This document shows positions 12,301 to 26,100 of a stretch of 64,000 nucleotides of DNA, in pieces; the first letter of the stretch is position 1; the number at the start of each line of letters is the position of its first letter. The stretch is from positions 2,046,001 to 2,110,000 of the forward strand of contig OZ059895.1 in the NCBI GenBank assembly GCA_964057225.1. The letters are read 5' to 3'. The DNA is from Auanema rhodensis (Eukaryota > Animalia > Nematoda). Under the pieces are notes generated by a model, which was given only the letters and a program-made list of their open reading frames with translations, had not been told where the DNA came from and searched no databases. The position numbers were made by a program, and so were the translations under genes.

Positions 12301-14300
12301 GCAATGTTGAGTGTACATGGAAACTCAACATACACTAATGCATCATTTTTCAAACGATTATAACTAATTTTTGTATTAAGCTTTTCTCAATGTAGTATAG
12401 TGCATTCGATGCGGATTTTTAAGCTGCGTCGATCTGTGTTATCAGATTTGCGCTAGCTTAAAAATGCACCGAGATATCAACTGATATAAGTTCACACTTA
12501 TATCCTCGATTTTCACCCTGAAGAATTAATTTTTTCGTTGAATAACATTGTCCATCGTCTTTGCCTTGAAAAATGGAATCTAAAAACATCTACTTTTTGC
12601 TAAATTATTTTGAAATTTTTCGAAAAAATTTTTGTCAAAATGTTTTTGGAAGCAATGTTGAGTGTACATGGAAACTCAACATACACTAATGCATCATTTT
12701 TCAAACGATCATAACTAATTTTTGTATTAAGCTTTTCTCAATGTAGTATAGTGCATTCGATGCGGATTTTTAAGCTGCGTCGATCTGTGTTATCAGATTT
12801 GCGCTAGCTTAAAAATGCACCGAGATATCAACTGATATAAGTTCACACTTATATCCTCGATTTTCACCCTGAAGAATTAATTTTTTCGTTGAATAACATC
12901 GTCCATCGTCTTTGCCTTGAAAAATGGAATCTAAAAACATCTACTTTTTGCTAAATTATTTTGAAATTTTTCGAAAAAATTTTTGTCAAAATGTTTTTGG
13001 AAGCAATGTTGAGTGTACATGGAAACTCAACATACACTAATGCATCATTTTTCAAACGATCATAACTAATTTTTGTATTAAGCTTTTCTCAATGTAGTAT
13101 AGTGCATTCGATGCGGATTTTTAAGCTGCGTCGATCTGTGTTATCAGATTTGCGCTAGCTTAAAAATGCACCGAGATATCAACTGATATAAGTTCACACT
13201 TATATCCTCGATTTTCACCCTGAAGAATTAATTTTTTCGTTGAATAACATCGTCCATCGTCTTTGCCTTGAAAAATGGAATCTAAAAACATCTACTTTTT
13301 GCTAAATTATTTTGAAATTTTTCGAAAAAAGTTTTGTCAAAATGTTTTTGGAAGCAATGTTGAGTGTACATGGAAACTCAACATACACTAATGCATCATT
13401 TTTCAAACGATTATAACTAATTTTTGTATTAAGCTTTTCTCAATGTAGTATAGTGCATTCGATGCGGATTTTTAAGCTGCGTCGATCTGTGTTATCAGAT
13501 TTGCGCTAGCTTAAAAATGCACCGAGATATCAACTGATATAAGTTCACACTTATATCCTCGATTTTCACCCTGAAGAATTAATTTTTTCGTTGAATAACA
13601 TTGTCCATCGTCTTTTCCTTGAAAAATGGAATCTAAAAACATCTACTTTTTGCTAAATTATTTTGAAATTTTTCGAAAAAATTTTTGTGAAAATGTTTTT
13701 GGAAGCAATGTTGAGTGTACATGGAAACTCAACATACACTAATGCATCATTTTTCAAACGATCATAACTAATTTTTGTATTAAGCTTTTCTCAATGTAGT
13801 ATAGTGCATTCGATGCGGATTTTTAAGCTGCGTCGATCTGTGTTATCAGATTTGCGCTAGCTTAAAAATGCACCGAGATATCAACTGATATAAGTTCACA
13901 CTTATATCCTCGATTTTCACCCTGAAGAATTAATTTTTTCGTTGAATAACATCGTCCATCGTCTTTGCCTTGAAAAATGGAATCTAAAAACATCTACTTC
14001 TTGCTAAATTATTTTGAAATTTTTCGAAAAAATTTTTGTCAAAATGTTTTTGGAAGCAATGTTGAGTGTACGTGGAAACTCAACATACACTAATGCATCA
14101 TTTTTCAAACGATCATAACTAATTTTTGTGTTAAGCTTTTCTCAATGTAGTATAGTGCATTCGATGCGGATTTTTAAGCTGCGTCGATCTGTGTTATCAG
14201 ATTTGCGCTAGCTTAAAAATGCACCGAGATATCAACTGATATAAGTTCACACTTATATCCTCGATTTTCACCCTGAAGAATTAATTTTTTCGTTGAATAA
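9400..14300. repeat. 7-mer (2457-bp) tandem duplication
   Basis: Variant pairs 2457 bp apart: 9456/11913, 9509/11966, 9790/12247, 10874/13331, 11159/13616, 11232/13689, 11543/14000, 11673/14130. Boundaries approximate. Confidence 0.88.
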
Positions 14301-14699
14301 CATCGTCCATCGTCTTTGCCTTGAAAAATGGAATCTAAAAACATCTACTTTTTGCTAAATTATTTTGAAATTTTTCGAAAAAATTTTTGTCAAAATGTTT
14401 TTGGAAGCAATGTTGAGTGTACATGGAAACTCAACATACACTAATGCATCATTTTTCAAACGATCATAACTAATTTTTGTATTAAGCTTTTCTCAATGTA
14501 GTATAGTGCATTCGATGCGGATTTTTAAGCTGCGTCGATCTGTGTTATCAGATTTGCGCTAGCTTAAAAATGCACCGAGATATCAACTGATATAAGTTCA
14601 CACTTATATCCTCGATTTTCACCCTGAAGAATTAATTTTTTCGTTGAATAACATCGTCCATCGTCTTTGCCTTGAAAAATGGAATCTAAAAACATCTAC

Positions 14700-16730
14700 T
14701 TTTTGCTAAATTATTTTGAAATTTTTCGAAAAAAGTTTTGTCAAAATGTTTTTGGAAGCAATGTTGAGTGTACATGGAAACTCAACATACACTAATGCAT
14801 CATTTTTCAAACGATTATAACTAATTTTTGTATTAAGCTTTTCTCAATGTAGTATAGTGCATTCGATGCGGATTTTTAAGCTGCGTCGATCTGTGTTATC
14901 AGATTTGCGCTAGCTTAAAAATGCACCGAGATATCAACTGATATAAGTTCACACTTATATCCTCGATTTTCACCCTGAAGAATTAATTTTTTCGTTGAAT
15001 AACATTGTCCATCGTCTTTGCCTTGAAAAATGGAATCTAAAAACATCTACTTTTTGCTAAATTATTTTGAAATTTTTCGAAAAAATTTTTGTGAAAATGT
15101 TTTTGGAAGCAATGTTGAGTGTACATGGAAACTCAACATACACTAATGCATCATTTTTCAAACGATCATAACTAATTTTTGTATTAAGCTTTTCTCAATG
15201 TAGTATAGTGCATTCGATGCGGATTTTTAAGCTGCGTCGATCTGTGTTATCAGATTTGCGCTAGCTTAAAAATGCACCGAGATATCAACTGATATAAGTT
15301 CACACTTATATCCTCGATTTTCACCCTGAAGAATTAATTTTTTCGTTGAATAACATCGTCCATCGTCTTTGCCTTGAAAAATGGAATCTAAAAACATCTA
15401 CTTCTTGCTAAATTATTTTGAAATTTTTCGAAAAAATTTTTGTCAAAATGTTTTTGGAAGCAATGTTGAGTGTACGTGGAAACTCAACATACACTAATGC
15501 ATCATTTTTCAAACGATCATAACTAATTTTTGTGTTAAGCTTTTCTCAATGTAGTATAGTGCATTCGATGCGGATTTTTAAGCTGCGTCGATCTGTGTTA
15601 TCAGATTTGCGCTAGCTTAAAAATGCACCGAGATATCAACTGATATAAGTTCACACTTATATCCTCGATTTTCACCCTGAACAATTAATTTTTTCGTTGA
15701 ATAACATCGTCCATCGTCTTTGCCTTGAAAAATGGAATCTAAAAACATCTACTTTTTGCTAAATTATTTTGAAATTTTTCGAAAAAAGTTTTGTCAAAAT
15801 GTTTTTGGAAGCAATGTTGAGTGTACATGGAAACTCAACATACACTAATGCATCATTTTTCAAACGATTATAACTAATTTTTGTATTAAGCTTTTCTCAA
15901 TGTAGTATAGTGCATTCGATGCGGATTTTTAAGCTGCGTCGATCTGTGTTATCAGATTTGCGCTAGCTTAAAAATGCACCGAGATATCAACTGATATAAG
16001 TTCACACTTATATCCTCGATTTTCACCCTGAAGAATTAATTTTTTCGTTGAATAACATTGTCCATCGTCTTTGCCTTGAAAAATGGAATCTAAAAACATC
16101 TACTTTTTGCTAAATTATTTTGAAATTTTTCGAAAAAATTTTTGTGAAAATGTTTTTGGAAGCAATGTTGAGTGTACATGGAAACTCAACATACACTAAT
16201 GCATCATTTTTCAAACGATCATAACTAATTTTTGTATTAAGCTTTTCTCAATGTAGTATAGTGCATTCGATGCGGATTTTTAAGCTGCGTCGATCTGTGT
16301 TATCAGATTTGCGCTAGCTTAAAAATGCACCGAGATATCAACTGATATAAGTTCACACTTATATCCTCGATTTTCACCCTGAAGAATTAATTTTTTCGTT
16401 GAATAACATCGTCCATCGTCTTTGCCTTGAAAAATGGAATCTAAAAACATCTACTTCTTGCTAAATTATTTTGAAATTTTTCGAAAAAATTTTTGTCAAA
16501 ATGTTTTTGGAAGCAATGTTGAGTGTACGTGGAAACTCAACATACACTAATGCATCATTTTTCAAACGATCATAACTAATTTTTGTGTTAAGCTTTTCTC
16601 AATGTAGTATAGTGCATTCGATGCGGATTTTTAAGCTGCGTCGATCTGTGTTATCAGATTTGCGCTAGCTTAAAAATGCACCGAGATATCAACTGATATA
16701 AGTTCACACTTATATCCTCGATTTTCACCC
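14700..16730. repeat. 3-mer (1053-bp) tandem duplication, copied again at about 25.6-27.6 kb
   Basis: Variant pairs 1053 bp apart: 14735/15788, 15093/16146, 15404/16457, 15534/16587. Confidence 0.82.
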
Positions 16731-18954
16731 TGAAGATTTAATTTTTTCGTTGAATAACATCGTCCATCGTCTTTGCCTTGAAAAATGGAATCTAAAAACA
16801 TCTACTTTTTGCTAAATTATTTTGAAATTTTTCGAAAAAATTTTTGTCAAAATGTTTTTGGAAGCAATGTTGAGTGTACATGGAAACTCAACATACACTA
16901 ATGCATCATTTTTCAAACGATTATAACTAATTTTTGTATTAAGCTTTTCTCAATGTAGTATAGTGCATTCGATGCGGATTTTTAAGCTGCGTCGATCTGT
17001 GTTATCAGATTTGCGCTAGCTTAAAAATGCACCGAGATATCAACTGATATAAGTTCACACATATATCCTCGATTTTCACCCTGAAGAATTAATTTTTTCG
17101 TTGAATAACATTGTCCATCGTCTTTGCCTTGAAAAATGGAATCTAAAAACATCTACTTTTTGCTAAATTATTTTGAAATTTTTCGAAAAAAATTTTGTCA
17201 AAATGTTTTTGGAAGCAATGTTGAGTGTACATGGAAACTCAACATACACTAATGCATCATTTTTCAAACGATCATAACTAATTTTTGTATTAAGCTTTTC
17301 TCAATGCAGTATAGTGCATTCGATGCGGATTTTTAAGCTGCGTCGATCTGTGTTATCAGATTTGCGCTAGCTTAAAAATGCACCGAGATATCAACTGATA
17401 TAAGTTCACACTTATATCCTCGATTTTCACCCTGAAGAATTAATTTTTTCGTTGAATAACATCGTCCATCGTCTTTGCCTTGAAAAATGGAATCTAAAAA
17501 CATCTACTTTTTGCTAAATTATTTCGAAATTTTTCGAAAAAATTTTTGTCAAAATGTTTTTGGAAGCAATGTTGAGTGTACATGGAAACTCAACATACAC
17601 TAATGCATCATTTTTCAAACGATCATAACTAATTTTTGTATTAAGCTTTTCTCAATGTAGTATAGTGCATTCGATGCGGATTTTTAAGCTGCGTCGATCT
17701 GTGTTATCAGATTTGCGCTAGCTTAAAAATGCACCGAGATATCAACTGATATAAGTTCACACTTATATCCTCGATTTTCACCCTGAAGAATTAATTTTTT
17801 CGTTGAATAACATCGTCCATCGTCTTTGCCTTGAAAAATGGAATCTAAAAACATCTACTTTTTGCTAAATTATTTCGAAATTTTTCGAAAAAATTTTTGT
17901 CAAAATGTTTTTGGAAGCAATGTTGAGTGTACATGGAAACTCAACATACACTAATGCATCATTTTTCAAACGATCATAACTAATTTTTGTATTAAGCTTT
18001 TCTCAATGTAGTATAGTGCATTCGATGCGGATTTTTAAGCTGCGTCGATCTGTGTTATCAGATTTGCGCTAGCTTAAAAATGCACCGAGATATCAACTGA
18101 TATAAGTTCACACTTATATCCTCGATTTTCACCCTGAAGAATTAATTTTTTCGTTGAATAACATCGTCCATCGTCTTTGCCTTGAAAAATGGAATCTAAA
18201 AACATCTACTTTTTGCTAAATTATTTTGAAATTTTTCGAAAAAATTTTTGTCAAAATGTTTTTGGAAGCAATGTTGAGTGTACATGGAAACTCAACATAC
18301 ACTAATGCATCATTTTTCAAACGATTATAACTAATTTTTGTATTAAGCTTTTCTCAATGTAGTATAGTGCATTCGATGCGGATTTTTAAGCTGCGTCGAT
18401 CTGTGTTATCAGATTTGCGCTAGCTTAAAAATGCACCGAGATATCAACTGATATAAGTTCACACTTATATCCTCGATTTTCACCCTGAAGAATTAATTTT
18501 TTCGTTGAATAACATTGTCCATCGTCTTTGCCTTGAAAAATGGAATCTAAAAACATCTACTTTTTGCTAAATTATTTTGAAATTTTTCGAAAAAATTTTT
18601 GTCAAAATGTTTTTGGAAGCAATGTTGAGTGTACGTGGAAACTCAACATACACTAATGCATCATTTTTCAAACGATCATAACTAATTTTTGTATTAAGCT
18701 TTTCTCAATGTAGTATAGTGCATTCGATGCGGATTTTTAAGCTGCGTCGATCTGTGTTATCAGATTTGCGCTAGCTTAAAAATGCACCGAGATATCAACT
18801 GATATAAGTTTACACTTATATCCTCGATTTTCACCCTGAAGAATTAATTTTTTCGTTGAATAACATCGTCCATCGTCTTTGCCTTGAAAAATGGAATCTA
18901 AAAACATCTACTTTTTGCTAAATTATTTTGAAATTTTTCGAAAAAATTTTTGTC

Positions 18955-21900
18955 AAAATGTTTTTGGAAGCAATGTTGAGTGTACGTGGAAACTCAACAT
19001 ACACTAATGCATCATTTTTCAAAAGATCATAACTAATTTTTGTTTTAAGCTTTTCTCAATGTAGTATAGTGCATTCGATGCGGATTTTTAAGCTGCGTCG
19101 ATCTGTGTTATCAGATTTGCGCTAGCTTAAAAATGCACCGAGATATCAACTGATATAAGTTCACACTTATATCCTCGATTTTCACCCTGAAGAATTAATT
19201 TTTTCGTTGAATAACATCATCCATCGTCTTTGCCTTGAAAAACGGAATCTAAAAACATCTACTTTTTGCTAAATTATTTTGAAATTTTTCGAAAAAATTT
19301 TTGTCAAAATGTTTTTGGAAGCAATGTTGAGTGTACATGGAACTCAACATACACTAATGCATCATTTTTCAAACGATCATAACTAATTTTTGTATTAAGC
19401 GTTTCTCAATGTAGTATAGTGCATTCGATGCGGATTTTTAAGCTGCGTCGATCTGTGTTATCAGATTTGCGCTAGCTTAAAAATGCACCGAGATATCAAC
19501 TGATATAAGTTCACACTTATATCCTCGATTTTCACCCTGAAGAATTAATTTTTTCGTTGAATAACATCGTCCATCGTCTTTGCCTTGAAAAATGGAATCT
19601 AAAAACATCTACTTTTTGCTAAATTATTTTGAAATTTTTCGAAAAAATTTTTGTCAAAATGTTTTTGGAAGCAATGTTGAGTGTACATGAAAACTCAACA
19701 TACACTAATGCATCATTTTTCAAACGATTATAACTAATTTTTGTATTAAGCTTTTCTCAATGTAGTATAGTGCATTCGATGCGGATTTTTAAGCTGCGTC
19801 GATCTGTGTTATCAGATTTGCGCTAGCTTAAAAATGCACCGAGATATCAACTGATATAAGTTCACACTTATATTCTTGATTTTCACCCTGAAGAATTAAT
19901 TTTTTCGTTGAATAACATTGTCCATCGTCTTTGACTTGAAAAATGAAATCTAAAAACATCTACTTTTTGCTAAATTATTTTGAAATTTTTCGAAAAAATT
20001 TTTGTCAAAATGTTTTTGGAAGCAATGTTGAGTGTACATGGAAACTCAACATACACTAATGCATCATTTTTCAAACGATCATAACTAATTTTTGTATTAA
20101 GCTTTTCTCAATGTAGTATAGTGCATTCGATGCGGATTTTTAAGCTGCGTCGATCTGTGTTATCAGATTTGCGCTAGCTTAAAAATGCACCGAGATATCA
20201 ACTGATATAAGTTCACACTTATATCCTCGATTTTCACCCTGAAGAATTAATTTTTTCGTTGAATAACATCGTCCATCGTCTTTGCCTTGAAAAATGGAAT
20301 CTAAAAACATCTACTTTTTGCTAAATTATTTTGAAATTTTTCGAAAAAATTTTTGTCAAAATGTTTTTGGAAGCAATGTTGAGTGTACATGGAAACTCAA
20401 CATACACTAATGCATCATTTTTCAAACGATCATAACTAATTTTTGTATTAAGCGTTTCTCAATGTAGTATAGTGCATTCGATGCGGATTTTTAAGCTGCG
20501 TCGATCTGTGTTATCAGATTTGCGCTAGCTTAAAAATGCACCGAGATATCAACTGATATAAGTTTACACTTATATCCTCGATTTTCACCCTGAAGAATTA
20601 ATTTTTTCGTTGAATAACATCGTCCATCGTCTTTGCCTTGAAAAATGGAATCTAAAAACATCTACTTTTTGCTAAATTATTTTGAAATTTTTCGAAAAAA
20701 TTTTTGTCAAAATGTTTTTGGAAGCAATGTTGAGTGTACGTGGAAACTCAACATACACTAATGCATCATTTTTCAAAAGATCATAACTAATTTTTGTTTT
20801 AAGCTTTTCTCAATGTAGTATAGTGCATTCGATGCGGATTTTTAAGCTGCGTCGATCTGTGTTATCAGATTTGCGCTAGCTTAAAAATGCACCGAGATAT
20901 CAACTGATATAAGTTCACACTTATATCCTCGATTTTCACCCTGAAGAATTAATTTTTTCGTTGAATAACATCATCCATCGTCTTTGCCTTGAAAAACGGA
21001 ATCTAAAAACATCTACTTTTTGCTAAATTATTTTGAAATTTTTCGAAAAAATTTTTGTCAAAATGTTTTTGGAAGCAATGTTGAGTGTACATGGAACTCA
21101 ACATACACTAATGCATCATTTTTCAAACGATCATAACTAATTTTTGTATTAAGCGTTTCTCAATGTAGTATAGTGCATTCGATGCGGATTTTTAAGCTGC
21201 GTCGATCTGTGTTATCAGATTTGCGCTAGCTTAAAAATGCACCGAGATATCAACTGATATAAGTTCACACTTATATCCTCGATTTTCACCCTGAAGAATT
21301 AATTTTTTCGTTGAATAACATCGTCCATCGTCTTTGCCTTGAAAAATGGAATCTAAAAACATCTACTTTTTGCTAAATTATTTTGAAATTTTTCGAAAAA
21401 ATTTTTGTCAAAATGTTTTTGGAAGCAATGTTGAGTGTACATGAAAACTCAACATACACTAATGCATCATTTTTCAAACGATTATAACTAATTTTTGTAT
21501 TAAGCTTTTCTCAATGTAGTATAGTGCATTCGATGCGGATTTTTAAGCTGCGTCGATCTGTGTTATCAGATTTGCGCTAGCTTAAAAATGCACCGAGATA
21601 TCAACTGATATAAGTTCACACTTATATCCTCGATTTTCACCCTGAAGAATTAATTTTTTCGTTGAATAACATCGTCCATCGTCTTTGCCTTGAAAAATGG
21701 AATCTAAAAACATCTACTTTTTGCTAAATTATTTTGAAATTTTTCGAAAAAAGTTTTGTCAAAATGTTTTTGGAAGCAATGTTGAGTGTACATGGAAACT
21801 CAACATACACTAATGCATCATTTTTCAAACGATTATAACTAATTTTTGTATTAAGCTTTTCTCAATGTAGTATAGTGCATTCGATGCGGATTTTTAAGCT

Positions 21901-23100
21901 GCGTCGATCTGTGTTATCAGATTTGCGCTAGCTTAAAAATGCACCGAGATATCAACTGATATAAGTTCACACTTATATCCTCGATTTTCACCCTGAAGAA
22001 TTAATTTTTTCGTTGAATAACATCGTCCATCGTCTTTGCCTTGAAAAATGGAATCTAAAAACATCTACTTTTTGCTAAATTATTTTGAAATTTTTCGAAA
22101 AAATTTTTGTCAAAATGTTTTTGGAAGCAATGTTGAGTGTACATGGAAACTCAACATACACTAATGCATCATTTTTCAAACGATCATAACTAATTTTTGT
22201 ATTAAGCGTTTCTCAATGTAGTATAGTGCATTCGATGCGGATTTTTAAGCTGCGTCGATCTGTGTTATCAGATTTGCGCTAGCTTAAAAATGCACCGAGA
22301 TATCAACTGATATAAGTTTACACTTATATCCTCGATTTTCACCCTGAAGAATTAATTTTTTCGTTGAATAACATCGTCCATCGTCTTTGCCTTGAAAAAT
22401 GGAATCTAAAAACATCTACTTTTTGCTAAATTATTTTGAAATTTTTCGAAAAAATTTTTGTCAAAATGTTTTTGGAAGCAATGTTGAGTGTACGTGGAAA
22501 CTCAACATACACTAATGCATCATTTTTCAAAAGATCATAACTAATTTTTGTTTTAAGCTTTTCTCAATGTAGTATAGTGCATTCGATGCGGATTTTTAAG
22601 CTGCGTCGATCTGTGTTATCAGATTTGCGCTAGCTTAAAAATGCACCGAGATATCAACTGATATAAGTTCACACTTATATCCTCGATTTTCACCCTGAAG
22701 AATTAATTTTTTCGTTGAATAACATCATCCATCGTCTTTGCCTTGAAAAACGGAATCTAAAAACATCTACTTTTTGCTAAATTATTTTGAAATTTTTCGA
22801 AAAAATTTTTGTCAAAATGTTTTTGGAAGCAATGTTGAGTGTACATGGAACTCAACATACACTAATGCATCATTTTTCAAACGATCATAACTAATTTTTG
22901 TATTAAGCGTTTCTCAATGTAGTATAGTGCATTCGATGCGGATTTTTAAGCTGCGTCGATCTGTGTTATCAGATTTGCGCTAGCTTAAAAATGCACCGAG
23001 ATATCAACTGATATAAGTTCACACTTATATCCTCGATTTTCACCCTGAAGAATTAATTTTTTCGTTGAATAACATCGTCCATCGTCTTTGCCTTGAAAAA
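18955..23100. repeat. 5-mer higher-order repeat (1754 bp), first run
   Basis: A monomer with AAAAGATC, GTTTTAAG, CATCATCC and AAACGG is followed by a 350-bp monomer (TGGAACTC). Deletions near 19341, 21095 and 22849 are spaced 1754 = 5x351-1. Confidence 0.9.
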
Positions 23101-26100
23101 TGGAATCTAAAAACATCTACTTTTCGCTAAATTATTTTGAAATTTTTCGAAAAAATTTTTGTCAAAATGTTTTTGGAAGCAATGTTGAGTGTACATGGAA
23201 ACTCAACATACACTAATGCATCATTTTTCAAACGATTATAACTAATTTTTGTATTAAGCTTTTCTCAATGTAGTATAGTGCATTCGATGCGGATTTTTAA
23301 GCTGCGTCGATCTGTGTTATCAGATTTGCGCTAGCTTAAAAATGCACCGAGATATCAACTGATATAAGTTCACACTTATATCCTCGATTTTCACCCTGAA
23401 GAATTAATTTTTTCGTTGAATAACATTGTCCATCGTCTTTGCCTTGAAAAATGGAATCTAAAAACATCTACTTTTTGCTAAATTATTTTGAAATTTTTCG
23501 AAAAAATTTTTGTCAAAATGTTTTTGGAAGCAATGTTGAGTGTACATGGAAACTCAACATACACTAATGCATCATTTTTCAAACGATCATAACTAATTTT
23601 TGTATTAAGCTTTTCTCAATGTAGTATAGTGCATTCGATGCGGATTTTTAAGCTGCGTCGATCTGTGTTATCAGATTTGCGCTAGCTTAAAAATGCACCG
23701 AGATATCAACTGATATAAGTTCACACTTATATCCTCGATTTTCACCCTGAAGAATTAATTTTTTCGTTGAATAACATCGTCCATCGTCTTTGCCTTGAAA
23801 AATGGAATCTAAAAACATCTACTTTTTGCTAAATTATTTTGAAATTTTTCGAAAAAATTTTTGTCAAAATGTTTTTGGAAGCAATGTTGAGTGTACATGG
23901 AAACTCAACATACACTAATGCATCATTTTTCAAACGATCATAACTAATTTTTGTATTAAGCTTTTCTCAATGTAGTATAGTGCATTCGATGCGGATTTTT
24001 AAGCTGCGTCGATCTGTGTTATCAGATTTGCGCTAGCTTAAAAATGCACCGAGATATCAACTGATATAAGTTCACACTTATATCCTCGATTTTCACCCTG
24101 AAGAATTAATTTTTTCGTTGAATAACATCGTCCATCGTCTTTGCCTTGAAAAATGGAATCTAAAAACATCTACTTTTTGCTAAATTATTTTGAAATTTTT
24201 CGAAAAAAGTTTTGTCAAAATGTTTTTGGAAGCAATGTTGAGTGTACATGGAAACTCAACATACACTAATGCATCATTTTTCAAACGATTATAACTAATT
24301 TTTGTATTAAGCTTTTCTCAATGTAGTATAGTGCATTCGATGCGGATTTTTAAGCTGCGTCGATCTGTGTTATCAGATTTGCGCTAGCTTAAAAATGCAC
24401 CGAGATATCAACTGATATAAGTTCACACTTATATCCTCGATTTTCACCCTGAAGAATTAATTTTTTCGTTGAATAACATTGTCCATCGTCTTTTCCTTGA
24501 AAAATGGAATCTAAAAACATCTACTTTTTGCTAAATTATTTTGAAATTTTTCGAAAAAATTTTTGTGAAAATGTTTTTGGAAGCAATGTTGAGTGTACAT
24601 GGAAACTCAACATACACTAATGCATCATTTTTCAAACGATCATAACTAATTTTTGTATTAAGCTTTTCTCAATGTAGTATAGTGCATTCGATGCGGATTT
24701 TTAAGCTGCGTCGATCTGTGTTATCAGATTTGCGCTAGCTTAAAAATGCACCGAGATATCAACTGATATAAGTTCACACTTATATCCTCGATTTTCACCC
24801 TGAAGAATTAATTTTTTCGTTGAATAACATCGTCCATCGTCTTTGCCTTGAAAAATGGAATCTAAAAACATCTACTTCTTGCTAAATTATTTTGAAATTT
24901 TTCGAAAAAATTTTTGTCAAAATGTTTTTGGAAGCAATGTTGAGTGTACGTGGAAACTCAACATACACTAATGCATCATTTTTCAAACGATCATAACTAA
25001 TTTTTGTGTTAAGCTTTTCTCAATGTAGTATAGTGCATTCGATGCGGATTTTTAAGCTGCGTCGATCTGTGTTATCAGATTTGCGCTAGCTTAAAAATGC
25101 ACCGAGATATCAACTGATATAAGTTCACACTTATATCCTCGATTTTCACCCTGAAGAATTAATTTTTTCGTTGAATAACATCGTCCATCGTCTTTGCCTT
25201 GAAAAATGGAATCTAAAAACATCTACTTTTTGCTAAATTATTTTGAAATTTTTCGAAAAAATTTTTGTCAAAATGTTTTTGGAAGCAATGTTGAGTGTAC
25301 ATGGAAACTCAACATACACTAATGCATCATTTTTCAAACGATCATAACTAATTTTTGTATTAAGCTTTTCTCAATGTAGTATAGTGCATTCGATGCGGAT
25401 TTTTAAGCTGCGTCGATCTGTGTTATCAGATTTGCGCTAGCTTAAAAATGCACCGAGATATCAACTGATATAAGTTCACACTTATATCCTCGATTTTCAC
25501 CCTGAAGAATTAATTTTTTCGTTGAATAACATCGTCCATCGTCTTTGCCTTGAAAAATGGAATCTAAAAACATCTACTTTTTGCTAAATTATTTTGAAAT
25601 TTTTCGAAAAAAGTTTTGTCAAAATGTTTTTGGAAGCAATGTTGAGTGTACATGGAAACTCAACATACACTAATGCATCATTTTTCAAACGATTATAACT
25701 AATTTTTGTATTAAGCTTTTCTCAATGTAGTATAGTGCATTCGATGCGGATTTTTAAGCTGCGTCGATCTGTGTTATCAGATTTGCGCTAGCTTAAAAAT
25801 GCACCGAGATATCAACTGATATAAGTTCACACTTATATCCTCGATTTTCACCCTGAAGAATTAATTTTTTCGTTGAATAACATTGTCCATCGTCTTTGCC
25901 TTGAAAAATGGAATCTAAAAACATCTACTTTTTGCTAAATTATTTTGAAATTTTTCGAAAAAATTTTTGTGAAAATGTTTTTGGAAGCAATGTTGAGTGT
26001 ACATGGAAACTCAACATACACTAATGCATCATTTTTCAAACGATCATAACTAATTTTTGTATTAAGCTTTTCTCAATGTAGTATAGTGCATTCGATGCGG

